64,000 nt of DNA, taken from the NCBI RefSeq assembly GCF_964355755.1, contig NC_092673.1, positions 20,829,648-20,893,647 on the forward strand, read 5' to 3'. The translations under genes and the position numbers were made by a program. Positions within the stretch are counted from its first letter, which is position 1. Each line of letters starts with the position of its first letter. This stretch comes from Antedon mediterranea. Taxonomy: Eukaryota; Animalia; Echinodermata. Below are positions 23,801 through 36,178 of the stretch, one piece after another. Below the pieces are notes generated by a model. It saw only the letters and a list, made by a program, of their open reading frames with translations, was not told the origin of the DNA and searched no databases.

Positions 23801-26800
23801 GTACTGTAGTGTACAGTAGTTAGACTCGGTATGTCCGTTTAAAAAAAAAACAAATTGTAAACTACTTACTTTTGGGGCAAAATATAATTTTTTGGTTAAA
23901 TATAATTGTTTTTAAAAAATGACTTAAAAAATTAAGTAATTAAGAACAAAAATTTCAGTTTTTACTCGGGGTACCCGAGTCTAGGACTTACTCATTTTCT
24001 CTTCTTCTTCCTCCATCTGGACACTATTGAGTAAAAAGTGCGATTTTTAAAGTACTACTCCTCCCTTATTCGTTGTATGTAGTATTGAGCTGGGATTTGG
24101 CATGAACATACTACAGGGACATGTCCTCAAAGCTATAGAGCCGGATTTTAAATTTTTTGTTAATTAATTTGTTTAATTAAGAATCCACAATGTGTGACAC
24201 ACACCACAGCGTTATGTAGTTATATGGTTATATGCGGATTCTTGGCGTAGTGGTTATCACGTTTGCTTAACACGCAGAAGGTACCTGGTTCGAGCCCGGA
24301 CGAAACCTTTTTTTAAACGTTATGGTGAAAAGTACTCTATACGCAATATGATAATTATACACAGTATATCTTATTTTTATTATTTTTTTAAATACTTATT
24401 TTGTGTAATCGGTAATTATCACTTTTACACATGTTTTTATTTTTCTTTGTGCTTATTACCATATTTATTTGTAATTTAAATGGATTAAAAAACTTTCTGT
24501 AACCCACATTTTTAGTGTAAGTGGTTTTCGTAGTGTAGTGGTTGTCAAGTCTGCTTAACACACAGAAGGTCCCGGTTCGAGCCCTGGCGAAACCTATTTT
24601 TCTTTAACTTTCTAACTGTATACGTCTGTATACAGCTTCTTTCGCTGTACCCCGAGTATTGCACATTCGTGCTTGTTTAAATTGATATACCAATGAGGTG
24701 TACTGAGGTTTGCTATGTTTTTTTTAAGGTTTGCAGGATTTAGCAATATCCCTCCTTTCTGTTGGCTTAACACTACACATCTTTTACATACATTCATGTA
24801 TTGCATTTATTTTTATTCACAGTTGATGAAATAGAGGTGAAACAACTACCAGCATTGAGTACAATAGAACTTTTTGCCAGAAGACAACAGAAACTGAGTT
24901 CAAAGAAAAAAGAAATCGCTGCACTCGCTAGTGCAACTATCCAGGATCCTGAATTTTCTGTAAATATATATTTTTTAAGATTTAAAAGAGTCTTCCAAAA
25001 AAAAATTATATTATTATATAAAAAAGACTGTAAATACGCCATTTTGTAGTTTTAATAATAGTTAATCATTTCTCTAGAAAATGAAAGTAAAAAAAGTAAT
25101 GTTTTCACTTACAAAAATACAAAATAATCGGTTAAATTCAACCAAAAACCCACAGACTTCCAGCCAATTTAACAATTTTTTGCTTTAAATTACAGTTTTT
25201 TTAGGTAAATATTTTGTTTTCGATCCAATTTTTGGTCAAAGTGAATAACTATTACTAGGCATATTCAATAAAAACATTTAAGACATTATTTTTTTAGGGG
25301 GACAATCGTCATAAATTTGTCTTGTTTTCATGTTAAGGACCCTTTCTGAAACAAGGTTCCAAGTACCATTTTAATGTCACATAATAGTTATTCACTGAAA
25401 AAACTAAAAGAAATAGTCAAATGGGTTTTTGGTTGAATTTAACTGCTCATTTTGTTTTTTTTATAATTGAAAAATATTTTTTGTGGTGGAAATGAATTGT
25501 AACTATAAATTGCCTATTTAAAATCTGATTTTATTATTCGTCATTTTTCATGTTTTTTGGGGATAATACATCTTTTAAAGGGTCATCATCTGCTATCTAC
25601 TTTACTTAATTTTTTTATTTCATACTCATCCAACAGCGTGCACAAACAATTCCAGGATGGATAAACATTTTTTTATAGTTTATCATGCTTATAAACATTT
25701 GAGGCTTAGGGAGTGGAGTTGAAAGAGTTTTAAAGCATGTTAGCCACCAAGCTACAGCTCCACTATCGCTTTTATTATCTTTATGCTATTTAATAAAAAA
25801 CATAATTAACTGATGTATTCGGTTACTTTCTGTCTCTAGACTCACCGTTTGAAAGCTCTTTGCATGATTTTACAAGAAGAAGATTTAGAGATAATGGTCA
25901 CCATAAGGAAGCTAGCAATGATTTCGTTGTTAGAGGTATTTAAAGATATTGCTCCAGGTTATCGCATTAGAGAATGGGGAGACAAGGCAAATCAAGTTAA
26001 GGTTAGTGGCATAGTTTTGTTATAAAATACAAATAATGAATGTGTATCAGCGTGATGGTACAAATTTTTACATGAGGCAAAGACCGAGTGAAAATAAAAT
26101 TTCATATTTCACTGAATGAAATTATTTGTACCATTGCACAAATATAAAAACATTCATTATTTGTTTTATATAACATCTAAGTAGATTCTTGCTTATTGTT
26201 CCGATCGGGATGCGAAGGAGAGATCGTGTTGTGCGCTTCGATGCTTTCGTTCGCATAATAACAGACGGCGCTGCTATTGGATTTCAAGCAGTTTTTTTTT
26301 TTCTCGTACACGAAAAAATTAAAAAAGTACTATGACACAATCGTTAATTTGTTAACTATTGCATGCCATGTGACCCACAATCGTCCAATCGAATGACAGG
26401 AATTTTAGGTGTTATATAAATCAATTAAACAATGCATCTAAACCCAAGTTCATGACTTCTTACACTCACTTTGTAGTTTGGGACGACTCTTGCAGATTTT
26501 ATCATTTTTCCATACACTTTTTCGTAAACGATATTGTTTATATGATATTATATTATATTATGGTATTATTTTCACCATTATAGGTTAGAGTTTCTATTAT
26601 TTTATTCAAGTTTATAGTTTTATGAGTGTTTATAAACAAAGAATCTATAGAAAGTATTTAGTATTGTAATAATTTTATTATTTTTTAGCTAAGTAAGGGG
26701 GTAAAGATCCTAAGAGATTTTGAAGAAGGACTCTTAAAATTTTTCAAAAAGTATCTTGAATTTTTGGAACAAACAATAAAAAGTAAGTTTTTAGTTGGTT

Positions 26801-29800
26801 TGTTTTTGTCATTGTATTTCATAGAGGAGGATATTAATTGATGAAATGTTTGGACTTGAACATTACAAAATGTTTATTCAATTAAATAATATATAACCTA
26901 AGCATTCATTTGTAGGTTTTAAGTAACATAATTAGTTAATTGATTTTTTTTTAATATTAAAAAACTAAAAAATAACTTTAATTCCAATAATCCTCGTTTT
27001 ATTCAAATGAGAATTGAATTATTAAGTGAGAGACGTCGGGTTGATTTATTACACATAAGTTTATTCTGCCTACACTATCAAACTATTTTGACAAAGTGTC
27101 ATGTGCCCAAATATGGTGCTGCAGTGATATGACATGTCCATTATAGGCACATCACATTTTTTTTTTCACAAAAAGTTTGATAGTGTAGACAGAGCTTTAT
27201 GTCTTTCTTGTAGATTATATTAAACCGAAGAGATTAAGCAAGATGACCGAAGAAGAGGTTGAAATTCACGAGAAATCTGGAGTTGCACGTGAAAAACTAG
27301 CTGTGATTGCAAACAAGTGTCTGTGTAATATGGCGATACATTTGCCACATTTCAACTACCATAACAACATACTTTCCGTCATTGTGCCACTAATGGCCTC
27401 CGAACATCAAGAGGTACGTTCTTTTTTTTTTCTATAAATAGATTGTGCAAAGAGTAAACAATTATAGTACCTGTGCTGGCTTCTGAGTTTTTTTAACGTT
27501 TATTTGGTAGGAAATTATAATCCATTAAAGAATAGAATACATTAAAGATATACCTGTATTGTCTCCATTAAACAAATTTTTTCTTTTTTCAAATTTGTTG
27601 TTGCCATTGTAATGTCACATAATAGTTATTCACTTTGACCAAAAAATGGATTGAAAAAAAAAAGATTTACTTTACTTGTAATTCAAAGCAAACTGTCTGT
27701 CAGACAATGGTTTTTGGTTAACATTAACCGTTTCGTTTGTCTTTTTATAAGTGAAATTATTTTTTTGTTTTTTTTACAAATCAATTACATTGTTATCCTA
27801 GATGTCAGATGAATGCTGTGAAACAATGAGGACAATATTCAGACAAGATATAGCAGGAAACTCAACACTCGCTGCTGTCAAATTCATTAGTCAACTTGTC
27901 AAAAGCAAGAGCTATCTAGTTGATTCAAAGGTTTGTTGACCAATATATTAAACCTGCTAAGTCCCGTCCCTACTGCAATTCAGGTTCTTCTAGGTCCTGT
28001 CCATATTACAATATATTAACACTTCTAGGTCCTGTCTATACTTCAATATATTAGGACTTTTAGGTTCCGTCCATATTGCAATATATTGGCAGTCCTATCT
28101 CTCGTCCGTACTACAATATATTAACACTTCTAGGTCCTGTCCATGCTGCAATATATTGGCACTACTATGCCTCATTCGTACTGCAATATATTAACACTTC
28201 TAGGTCCTGTCAATACTGCAATATATTAACACTTTTAGGTTCTGTCCATACTGCAATATATTGGCACTGCTATGTCTCGTCCATACTGCAATATATCAGC
28301 ACTTATAGGTCCTGTCAATACTGCAATATATTGGCACTGCTATGCCGTGTCTATACTGCAATATATTAACACTTCTGGGTCATTTCCACATTGCAATATA
28401 TTAACACTACTATGCCTCGTCCACACTGACGGTAATTAAATATTTTCTTATTTTCTCAACTTTTACATTTTTCAAGGTACTAGATACATTCTTGTCATTA
28501 AGAATAAAAGAAGTAAATATTAAAGATCACGATGAAGAACGAAAAAAGAAAGTATTGGACCAGAAGAAGAAAAAGATGGCATTATCACGATCACAAAGAA
28601 GGGTAATTTAATTTAAGAACTTCATTTGTTCTTGCATAGTACAACAGATTGAATCAGTAAATGTAAATGGGAACCAGCGACTTGCAGCCTACAGGGCTAA
28701 ATTGCTGTATGTGTGGACGACACATACAACAACCTTCTACTCTCCCTTTATGTTGAGTGCTGCCAAAAAACAGCGCCCATTCGTCTGTCCACAGTGCTTA
28801 TAGAATTCATGATGTTATGTTTCTTTTCTATATTTGATTGTAATTTGTTATATCTCACCAGCACAAGAAACAACTAGCAAAATTAGAAGTAGAGATGCAA
28901 GCAGCAAATGCAGCTGAAAATAAGAAAGAAAAGCTTAAATTGGTATGTTTAAAAAAAGCAACTTACTTAAATCTTTTTTCATTTTATTAGGAGTAAAGCT
29001 CTGTCCACACTACCAAACTTTATGTGACAGAAAAATGTGATGTGCCCATATAATGTGATGTGCCCATATATGGACACGATGACATCATAACACTACCATA
29101 TTTGGGCACATCACACTTTTTTTGTAAAACTAATTAGATGATGTAGACAGAGCTTAATTATTGCATTTGTGTTTTTATACTATTCCAGCAATTAGCCCTA
29201 GCTCACATGTGTACTAATCGAGTGAGATAAGAGGACTACAGAATTGAATGATTATAATATGTTTTCTTACCAGCACACAGATACGATCCAGGTCGTATTT
29301 ACAACATACTTTAGAATCCTAAAGAAGAGTAGCAAGTCCGCTTTAATGCCGTCTGTCCTTGAAGGCCTGGCAAAGTTCGCTCATCTAATAAATTTGGAAT
29401 TCTTTGATGATCTTATAGAAGTACTCAACTCACTGATACAGTCTGGGGTAATTTTTTAATTTTTGGAAATTTATGTCTTAAGGCACCTGTGGCCAAAGAT
29501 TATTAATAGTAAATGAATTGCTGTCCTATCAAATAGGTGGTAATCCCCATGAACACTCTTTTCTTTTACATTACTATTACTTACAGTGAAAACTGTTCTT
29601 TTAGTTTCGTAACGCAGTGCTTTAGCATATAATTAAGACAAATACAGTCAACTCTCCGGAAACATTCGGGCTGGCCAAATATGTCATTTGTCTGGTTTTC
29701 CAGAAAGTAGGTATTGGGAATGAGTTTAATGGACCTCAAGAAAAGTCTGGTTTTGGGAGACTTTCTGGTTTTCGGAGACTCTGATATTGGGAAAGTTAAC

Positions 29801-32800
29801 TTTATTATGAAAATTCCATAAAGCTAGGCTTACTTTACAATTATGACACTCAGTAAATGTTATCTCATTACATGGATCTCGCATATTGATAAAAAATAAA
29901 TTAATAAAAACAAATTATTTCAAACCAAATTTTTGTTTCTAGTGAAGGACAAAATTACGTTGAACTTACCCAACGTTTCATGCATTATCATCGCACTTTT
30001 TCAAGGTAGTGATGTCAGCTTGGATTGCCGACACTGATCATGGCATAGTCACATGATGTTATTGTGACATGCGCCCTGTATAAGTTGTTACTTGAAATCC
30101 TCTGGTGTCCGCCCCGGTCAGCCGTTTCAGTTCTAACAAATAATCATATATGCAGCCACTTTCCTTCTTTGTCTCTGTTCATGTTGTTTTCAGTTTTTCC
30201 AATTATAATTGCTTCTTGCCATCCTCTCTTATTGATGTTACCCTCTTTCTTTAACACTTTTGTCTTGAAAAACGTTCAACATAATTTTTTCCTTCACTAG
30301 AAAATTTGTTTTCAAATTATATTGTTGGAAGGAGATAAATTTTTTAAATTTTAAATTATTTCAATTCGACCATATAATGAATTTCTTGTATTCATATTTA
30401 GGATCTACAATATAGGGAATCACTACACTGTGTTCTAACTGCAATGCATATATTATCAGGTCAGGGTGAAGTTCTTAATATTGACCCATCCAAGTTCTAC
30501 AATCATCTATACAATACTATGTTGTCAGTACATGCAGGTATGTGACATTTTTACAAGATACAAGATAACTTTATTGTCAAAATTGTTAACAATTTCGAGA
30601 TATGTTTTGCACCTAAGTAGAATAAATAATACGATGTGATAACTATATAAATAAATACAAATGATACAAGTGACTATCTTGAAAAGTTTTTGTTAAATAA
30701 ATTGCATGCTATGTACATTGGTGAAAATCTGAAACGGTTTGTGGATATTTTTTCCTGTTTCAGTCTAACCCCTACTTATAATGATGTCTGAATGTAATGG
30801 GTGTGATGGGTCTTGCATAATTGTGTCCAATTTCTTAAGTATGAATGTATTAAACATTTCATCTAAAGATTTCACTTCTACACCGATAACTCTGCTGGCC
30901 TTGTTTACTAATCTCTGAATTTGACTTTTACTGTTTACATTGATATGAGAAAACCAAACAATAATACAATAAGAAATGATTGATTGAACAACAGAGGAAT
31001 AAAACATATGAATGAGATGAGAACTAACATTAAACCGTTTCATTTTTTATATAAAGTACATTCTCTTATTAGCATTTTTACTTTATGGTTTTTTGTTTTC
31101 AATTTAATAATGCTAATTTCCACATAATGATTCGTAAGTCCTGTCTAGACTATCTAGATTTTTTTTTTGGATTGACAAAAAAGTCTGATGTGCCAAACTT
31201 TAATACTGATATGACATCATCATGTACATAATGAGCATATCACATTTTTTTGTCGCATAAAGTTTGACACTGACAGTGTAAATAGAGCCATCTTTAATTA
31301 TTCTTTCTAATTAAAGGTCAAAGTAGCAAGGATGCTGTTATTGTGTTAGATTGTCTTGATGTAATGATCAACAAGAAACGTAGACTGGTGAACATTCAAC
31401 GTGTGTTGGCTTTCATCAAACGGCTGTCTGTTGCATCGATGCAGTCACTACCGAATGCAGCAATGGCATTTCTAGCAAGTGCTACACAAGCAATGAAGGT
31501 AGAGTTTGCCAGATACACAATATACACTATGAATCCTTTCTAGATACTGCTGTGGTAATGATGTATCTTAGTGGCAGCTAAAGTATAAAATGATAAACAT
31601 TTAAATGCTCAAGACTGAATTAAAAGACAACTTTACCGAGAACCATTTGACAACATATTAGGGATGAACATATGGTTTCAGAACAATTGCGAGATTTGCG
31701 ATTTTGCTGCACATGCTCACCCTACAGCCTACACTCCAAGTGTGCTTAGCAAAATCTACCTCATGAGTTTTCACTGTTGTTAACAGATAGGTACCCGTCA
31801 TTTCAATTGCTGATTTGATCTGTATGTAGGTTTAAATTTGTCAAAATGTTTAGTCTGTTATTTGAAGAAACAAATAGGCAAAGGAAACAATAACAAAATT
31901 CATCATTTATTATTATTTTTTACAATTTATTTAAAAAGTGTGTGTAGCATTTTTTTGCACTTTGCACACACACCCTATATTTAGGCAAATAAAATGCATA
32001 TGATAGAATGTTAGGTCATGTTCAGCCCACTTCATTTTGCATTTTAGGCCCCTTTTAAATCCTGGATTTCGCACTTGCTTCTCCTCTCTCTACATCAATT
32101 TACTTGAAATGGCTGTTCTTTCTATCAGGCATATCCAAGAAGTGATCTATTGTTAGACAATGAGAGTACAGGCAGTGGAGTTTATCAACCAGAGTTACCA
32201 GAACCAGAGCATTGTTGTGCACAGAACACTGCATTGTGGGAACTACACCTTATGAAGGTGGGTATTTTTGTGTGATTATCACCCAACAGCTGTACAGCCT
32301 TCAACATTCAATTTAAGATGTAGATTGGCATATTAATTAGATTATTAGCCCAAATGGCCGAGTGGTTAAGACAGTGGAACCGTACTTCATAGCCATAACA
32401 TTGGCAAGGGTTCGAGGTTCACTCACTTTTCGGATAAGGACTATAAACCGTAGGTCCAGTGTACACACATTTCTCATGTTCCTAGAACCTAGTACATCTT
32501 TCAAGAGGAGTTGGGCGTTGCCCCATTGTACTAGTTCACACACTGTCACTATCGTGGATCAAGTTATGAGCATCCATATTCCTATATACACACGTCCCTG
32601 GATAAGCTAATGTAGCACCCTATTTGTAGCGAACTAATCCAAAAACCACCGCACCTGGATATCATATTGTGTGGAGCTGTGTTTGAAACACATTATCTAG
32701 TTCGTGGAAAAGAATTGCATAAAAGTGTTTTAAAACATATAATGAATATTTTGTTTCATTTAATGGGGTGAGTATTTTAATTTGTTGAAAAGCCTGGCTG

Positions 32801-34250
32801 TCCTATTTAACTCATAAAAATATTCTCCCCATTCAACTGATAAAACATTCATTATATGTTAATATTTATATTGTATAACCAACCCTCTTTATTTTATATA
32901 CTTACAGAAGCATTATCATCCACATGTCCCTCTGTATGCTCAGCATTTGTTGAAGGGTTGCCCGGTAACAGGAGCAGGTAGTCTAGGTCCTGAATTAGCA
33001 AGACGGTATGTCACTAGCGCTTTCAGCTACCTTGGAAAACCTTTTTTTTTAAATACTATTACAGTAGCTCAAACAAATATTTATGTTACTATAATTTGAA
33101 TCTTATTTAGATTTGTTTAACTGTATTTATAATAATGGTAATGTTCTGCTACAAAGAAAACAATTTTTATATAATAATTAAAATTATTACAGAACTCCAG
33201 TAAAAGTCTGTGAGGTGTTTGATTCATCCCAAATGAACTTTAACCCAACGATTGAAAGTTTGATTGGCAAAGCGCCAAGCCAGAAGAGTCAGGTAAGTTT
33301 TATTCATTGTTTCACAAACTTAATAATCCTGGCACAGAATTTATAGTATTATAACTCTAAAGCTCTGTCTACACTATAATAGTTCATTCTTATATAGCGC
33401 TCTACAAGCAAGCTTCTCTAAGCGCTGAACATTATTACCCCAGTTATTTTTTGGATCAAACGCGTATGGAAACATACTCCCATAATGCAGCTAGTAATCA
33501 GCGCAAAGTTGTGTCTTGATCTAACCGGGTACCCATTTATACACCTGGGTGGAGAGAGGCAAACGTAAGTAAAGTATCTTGTCTAAGGATATAAGCAATG
33601 CGGCGAGAATTGGATTCGAATCTCGGTCTCACGATCAGTAGTCCAACGTCCAACACCCTGCGCCACACTCACTATCAAACTAGTTGTGACAAAAAAAAGT
33701 GTGATGTGCCTAGTTTTGGTAGTGATATGCCACGCAAATATGGTGGTGGTGTGACATCATCATATCCATATATGGGTACATCATAAACTTTGATAGTGTA
33801 GACTGAGCTTGAGAATCAGGAATGAGCGCAGTTTAAATTGCACACAATATTTACCGTTGCTTCCAACCAGTTTCTAAAATGGTGGAAGAAAATATAATAT
33901 CATTTAAAGCTATTTAGGCTAAATTTTCTAAATTAATAAAGTACAATATATTAAACATATTTAGGACCATATAGTATTATTTTTACATTAAATATAGTTT
34001 GTGATCTTAAAATAGATCTAAAAAACGTAGGGAAGGTGTCTTTAAACATATTTAGATACATCTTACACTGAATATCACTTATGATTCAGTGCCCCGTTTT
34101 ATTATCCAAAATTGATTTCAAATTTGGGAAAACAATGCACATACTACTTTTTAATTGCAGACTAGTATTTCCGAAAACTTTTTACAAGCAGAGTTCCAAG
34201 ATTTTGCTGCTAAATATGAATCTTATGATGACAGCCAAGATGTTTTATGA
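20853..34250 (+). CDS. NOC3L: Nucleolar complex protein 3 homolog (NOC3L), 17 exons
   Basis: Exons: 20853-20858 (ATG AAA|gt, in phase with exon 2; least certain), 22529-22896, 23310-23524, 24823-24959, 25840-26001, 26689-26782, 27214-27413, 27802-27930, 28477-28602, 28862-28942, 29274-29447, 30402-30537, 31317-31498, 32129-32257, 32908-33005, 33193-33292, 34161-34250 (TGA). Motifs [66 protein letters not shown]. Confidence 0.95.
21409..22287. mobile_element. Foldback element with ~330-bp TIRs and 8-bp TSD (Mutator-like, tentative) in NOC3L intron 1
   Basis: 21409-~21740 is a near-perfect inverted repeat of ~21945-22287. TSD TAATAAGG at 21401-21408 and 22288-22295. GG...CC termini. Confidence 0.85.
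22968..23226. mobile_element. TA-flanked MITE (Tc1/mariner-like)
   Basis: TACCGTATATCTTGGTATAATCCCACCCC ... GGGGTGGGATTATATCCAAGGATATACGGTA inverted termini. Confidence 0.75.
24236..24308 (+). tRNA. tRNA-Val(AAC)-like, probably a pseudogene (copy 1, inside the HINE)
   Basis: TAGTGGTTATCAC D-arm, TGC-TTAACAC-GCAG anticodon arm, GGTTCGAG B box, oligo-T terminator. Acceptor stem has two mismatches. Confidence 0.6.
24523..24595 (+). tRNA. tRNA-Val(AAC)-like, probably a pseudogene (copy 2, inside the HINE)
   Basis: GGTTTTCGTAGTGTAGTGGTT...CTGCTTAACAC...GGTTCGAGCCC..GCGAAACC followed by a T-run. Mismatches in the D and anticodon stems. Confidence 0.6.
27945..28430. repeat. ~33-bp minisatellite (CTGCAATATATTAACACTTCTAGGTCCTGTCCATA)
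   Basis: About 14 degenerate copies in NOC3L intron 8. Confidence 0.85.
28997..29154. mobile_element. Harbinger-type MITE, family A, full copy
   Basis: Both TIRs present, TAA on both flanks. Confidence 0.85.
29917..30320 (-). mobile_element. Penelope-like element remnant (GIY-YIG C-terminus plus inverted pseudo-LTR)
   Basis: Minus strand [32 protein letters not shown] resembles the PLE endonuclease end. Inverted repeat 29917-29968 / 30273-30316. Degenerate hammerhead-like CTTGAAAAAG...GAAACG. Confidence 0.65.
30552..31082 (-). mobile_element. 5'-truncated LINE (Rex1/Babar or L2-clade) 3' end
   Basis: [17 protein letters not shown]...[18 protein letters not shown]...KASRVIG...DPSHPLH is a typical RT C-terminus. 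Followed by AATAAA and a (TCTTGTA)n tail. Confidence 0.8.
32347..32640 (+). mobile_element. tRNA-derived SINE with Deu/Nin-domain-like core
   Basis: TGGCCGAGTGGTTAAG A box, GGTTCGAG B box, core CGGATAAGGACTATAAACCGTAGGTCC. A related partial copy lies on the minus strand at ~10335-10510. Confidence 0.7.
33361..33809. mobile_element. Family A MITE interrupted by a SINE
   Basis: Left TIR AGCTCTGTCTACACTAT at 33361. The MITE resumes with CACTATCAAACTAG at 33670 and ends at ~33809. Confidence 0.8.
33378..33669 (-). mobile_element. tRNA-derived SINE, full length, nested in a MITE TIR
   Basis: Minus strand: A box TGGCGCAGGGTG, B box GATTCGAATCC, core GCCTCTCTCCACCCAGGTGTATAAATGGGTACC, tail AGCGCTATATAAGAATGAACTATT. 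Flanked by a CACTAT duplication. Confidence 0.8.
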
Positions 34251-34629
34251 AATGGTGGGGGGAAAAATTGTACAATAAAACAAGGGTGTTTTGTGTTATA
34301 AGTACTGTAAAGCATTTTATACCAAAATTCATATCACATTTACATTATTATTATTATTAGCAGAAGCCTGTGAAATGTTAAGTTACTATAACCATAATAC
34401 AGATATATGCAAAGTGCCGAATAAACAATTTATTTCAAAATATATTTAAAATGTAATTTATATATTGACTGCATTTCTGCTCCAAAATAACTGGTTAAAT
34501 CAGTGGTTGGTTGTTGACAGAAGTCATTACCTAAAATGCAATTGGTCCTGGCAATGGGATTCTGCCTGACCATTGAAGATTATAAATAAAGTGACCATCA
34601 CATCGGAAAGGAAGGCTGTTTGGACACGA

Positions 34630-34804
34630 CAGGGAATAATTTCGCCAGTGTAGCATAGCAAAAAGCTATACAAAACAACCTTATTGCTACACATTTCTAA
34701 AATTGTGTAGCAAAAAAGACAATACAAAACTATGTTTCTTGCCTAAAAATCAGTTTGATTAGCAATAATTGCTAAACAAAATTTTAAAATGAAATTTTTC
34801 CCTG
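34630..34804. mobile_element. MITE with CAGGGAA(T/A)AATTTC TIRs and 5-bp flanking duplication
   Basis: CACGA|CAGGGAATAATTTC...GAAATTTTTCCCTG|CACGA. An inverted partial copy lies at ~19105-19262. Confidence 0.7.
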
Positions 34805-35070
34805 CACGAGTGGATAATCAAGGAAACAGCATGGTTAAATGTCAATTCAATTTTATGCTAGTAAACATGCTTAAATATGATAGTGATATGACATCATGTC
34901 TATATATGGGCACATCACATATAAAGTTTGATAGTGTAAACATAGCATAAGGGTACTTTGACAATAATAGTGTTTAAGGTTTCAAATAAATTTATCTACA
35001 ATATAACTGTCAATATTGTCTGTTTATTCAACAATACAAAGCATTGCCTCTTCCACTGCAGTAAAATATA

Positions 35071-36178
35071 CTATTGTTTCATATCCATTGTTTCTGAATC
35101 CGTTTCTAAGCCTGCTTTTAACTTCAACTCCTGAAGCCTTTCCATTGGCATTTGTTTCAATATTTGTGTCTGTGGAAAAACATCAGTTGGTGTATCACTG
35201 GGAACTGTTTTTAAGTTCAAGTCTGTTGGTTTATTTAAGAATGGATTCCAAACACCTTGTATACTTGGAGTGTTTGTCTGCCATTGTTTTCGAGTTCTTG
35301 TAATCTCCTGACCAGATTGACATCGTACCAATTCTACCACCTCTTTTACTTGCTCAACATCAAAGGCTGCAATTGATATTATTTTCTGCTGTCCATTTAC
35401 TGAAAATATAATATAAATGATGATTAAATATTAATATGGTTGTTGTACACCCCTTTTAATTTAGCTAAGCCCATCCATTATGTAAGATATGGATATATTC
35501 TGTCTTCCACACCTAAAAAAATGTAGCAATTATTAATACATCTGTATGTATTGTAGGAAAACTTACAGTATTCTGCAACTAGTCTTGGTTGGGCATACTT
35601 TTGGTGAGGGGTGACGTACATAACAATTTCAGGATGATTGTTGGCAAAATCTATAACTTCCTGTTCAATGTAATCTCTGAAAATTTAAATTAATTGAAGT
35701 TATTAAAATATTATGTCGAGGATGGATTGTTCCAAAATAATGTTAAACTGTTAGTACTTATAATTAATTTTTTTTTTAAATTATTTATTTTTACAAATTA
35801 CAGCATAAATATATTATATTAGTTAAATCCGAACTATTTTTAATTAATCAGTTATTTGAAAGTAAAGAAGCAATTTGTCAAAATCCAGGCCCACTAGTAC
35901 AGTATCCAAGCATGGAGGTATTCTTCAGAGCAGCGCGGTTTCAAGAGAACGGAGAGAGTAAATCCCTGCTGGCTGCTGCCATCCATGGCTAGCTCTCAGA
36001 TTCTTTCAGTCTAGCCTAGGCTAGGCCTACAATAAAACCATGAATAAACTAACCTTACTCCTTTGCTGTTTCTGGATTTTTTGCTAAATTGAAGTGTGAT
36101 TCGTTGTAGTTGGCATACGTATCTTCCAACTCCATTGTGTAAAACACTTTTCAGAAATCCACTGGATTTATTTGCCAT
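35071..36178 (-). CDS. MRPL43: Mitochondrial ribosomal protein L43 (mL43), 3 exons
   Basis: Exons 36054-36178, 35567-35676, 35071-35399. Translation includes [34 protein letters not shown] and [13 protein letters not shown], all characteristic of mL43. Confidence 0.93.

Larger units (their letters stand above)
23959..24678 (+). mobile_element. Helentron-associated non-autonomous element (HINE / DINE-1-like) in NOC3L intron 3
   Basis: T-run, 5' subTIR TACTCGGGGTAC (23963-23974) followed by its partial inverted copy CCGAGT, (CTT)n microsatellite and core. Ends with the exact reverse-complement subTIR GTACCCCGAGTA (24647-24658), hairpin GCAC-attc-GTGC (24661-24672) and T-rich end. Confidence 0.75.

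Noticed and set aside
24236-24595. Functional tRNA-Val genes
   Set aside because: Both copies have stem mismatches, so they are reported only as tRNA-like pending tRNAscan-SE.
34081-34278. ORF-track peptide as the NOC3L last exon
   Set aside because: Wrong frame. The phase-0 exon from 34161 ends at TGA 34248-34250.
35016-35303. 95-aa plus-strand ORF
   Set aside because: Antisense to MRPL43 exon 3.
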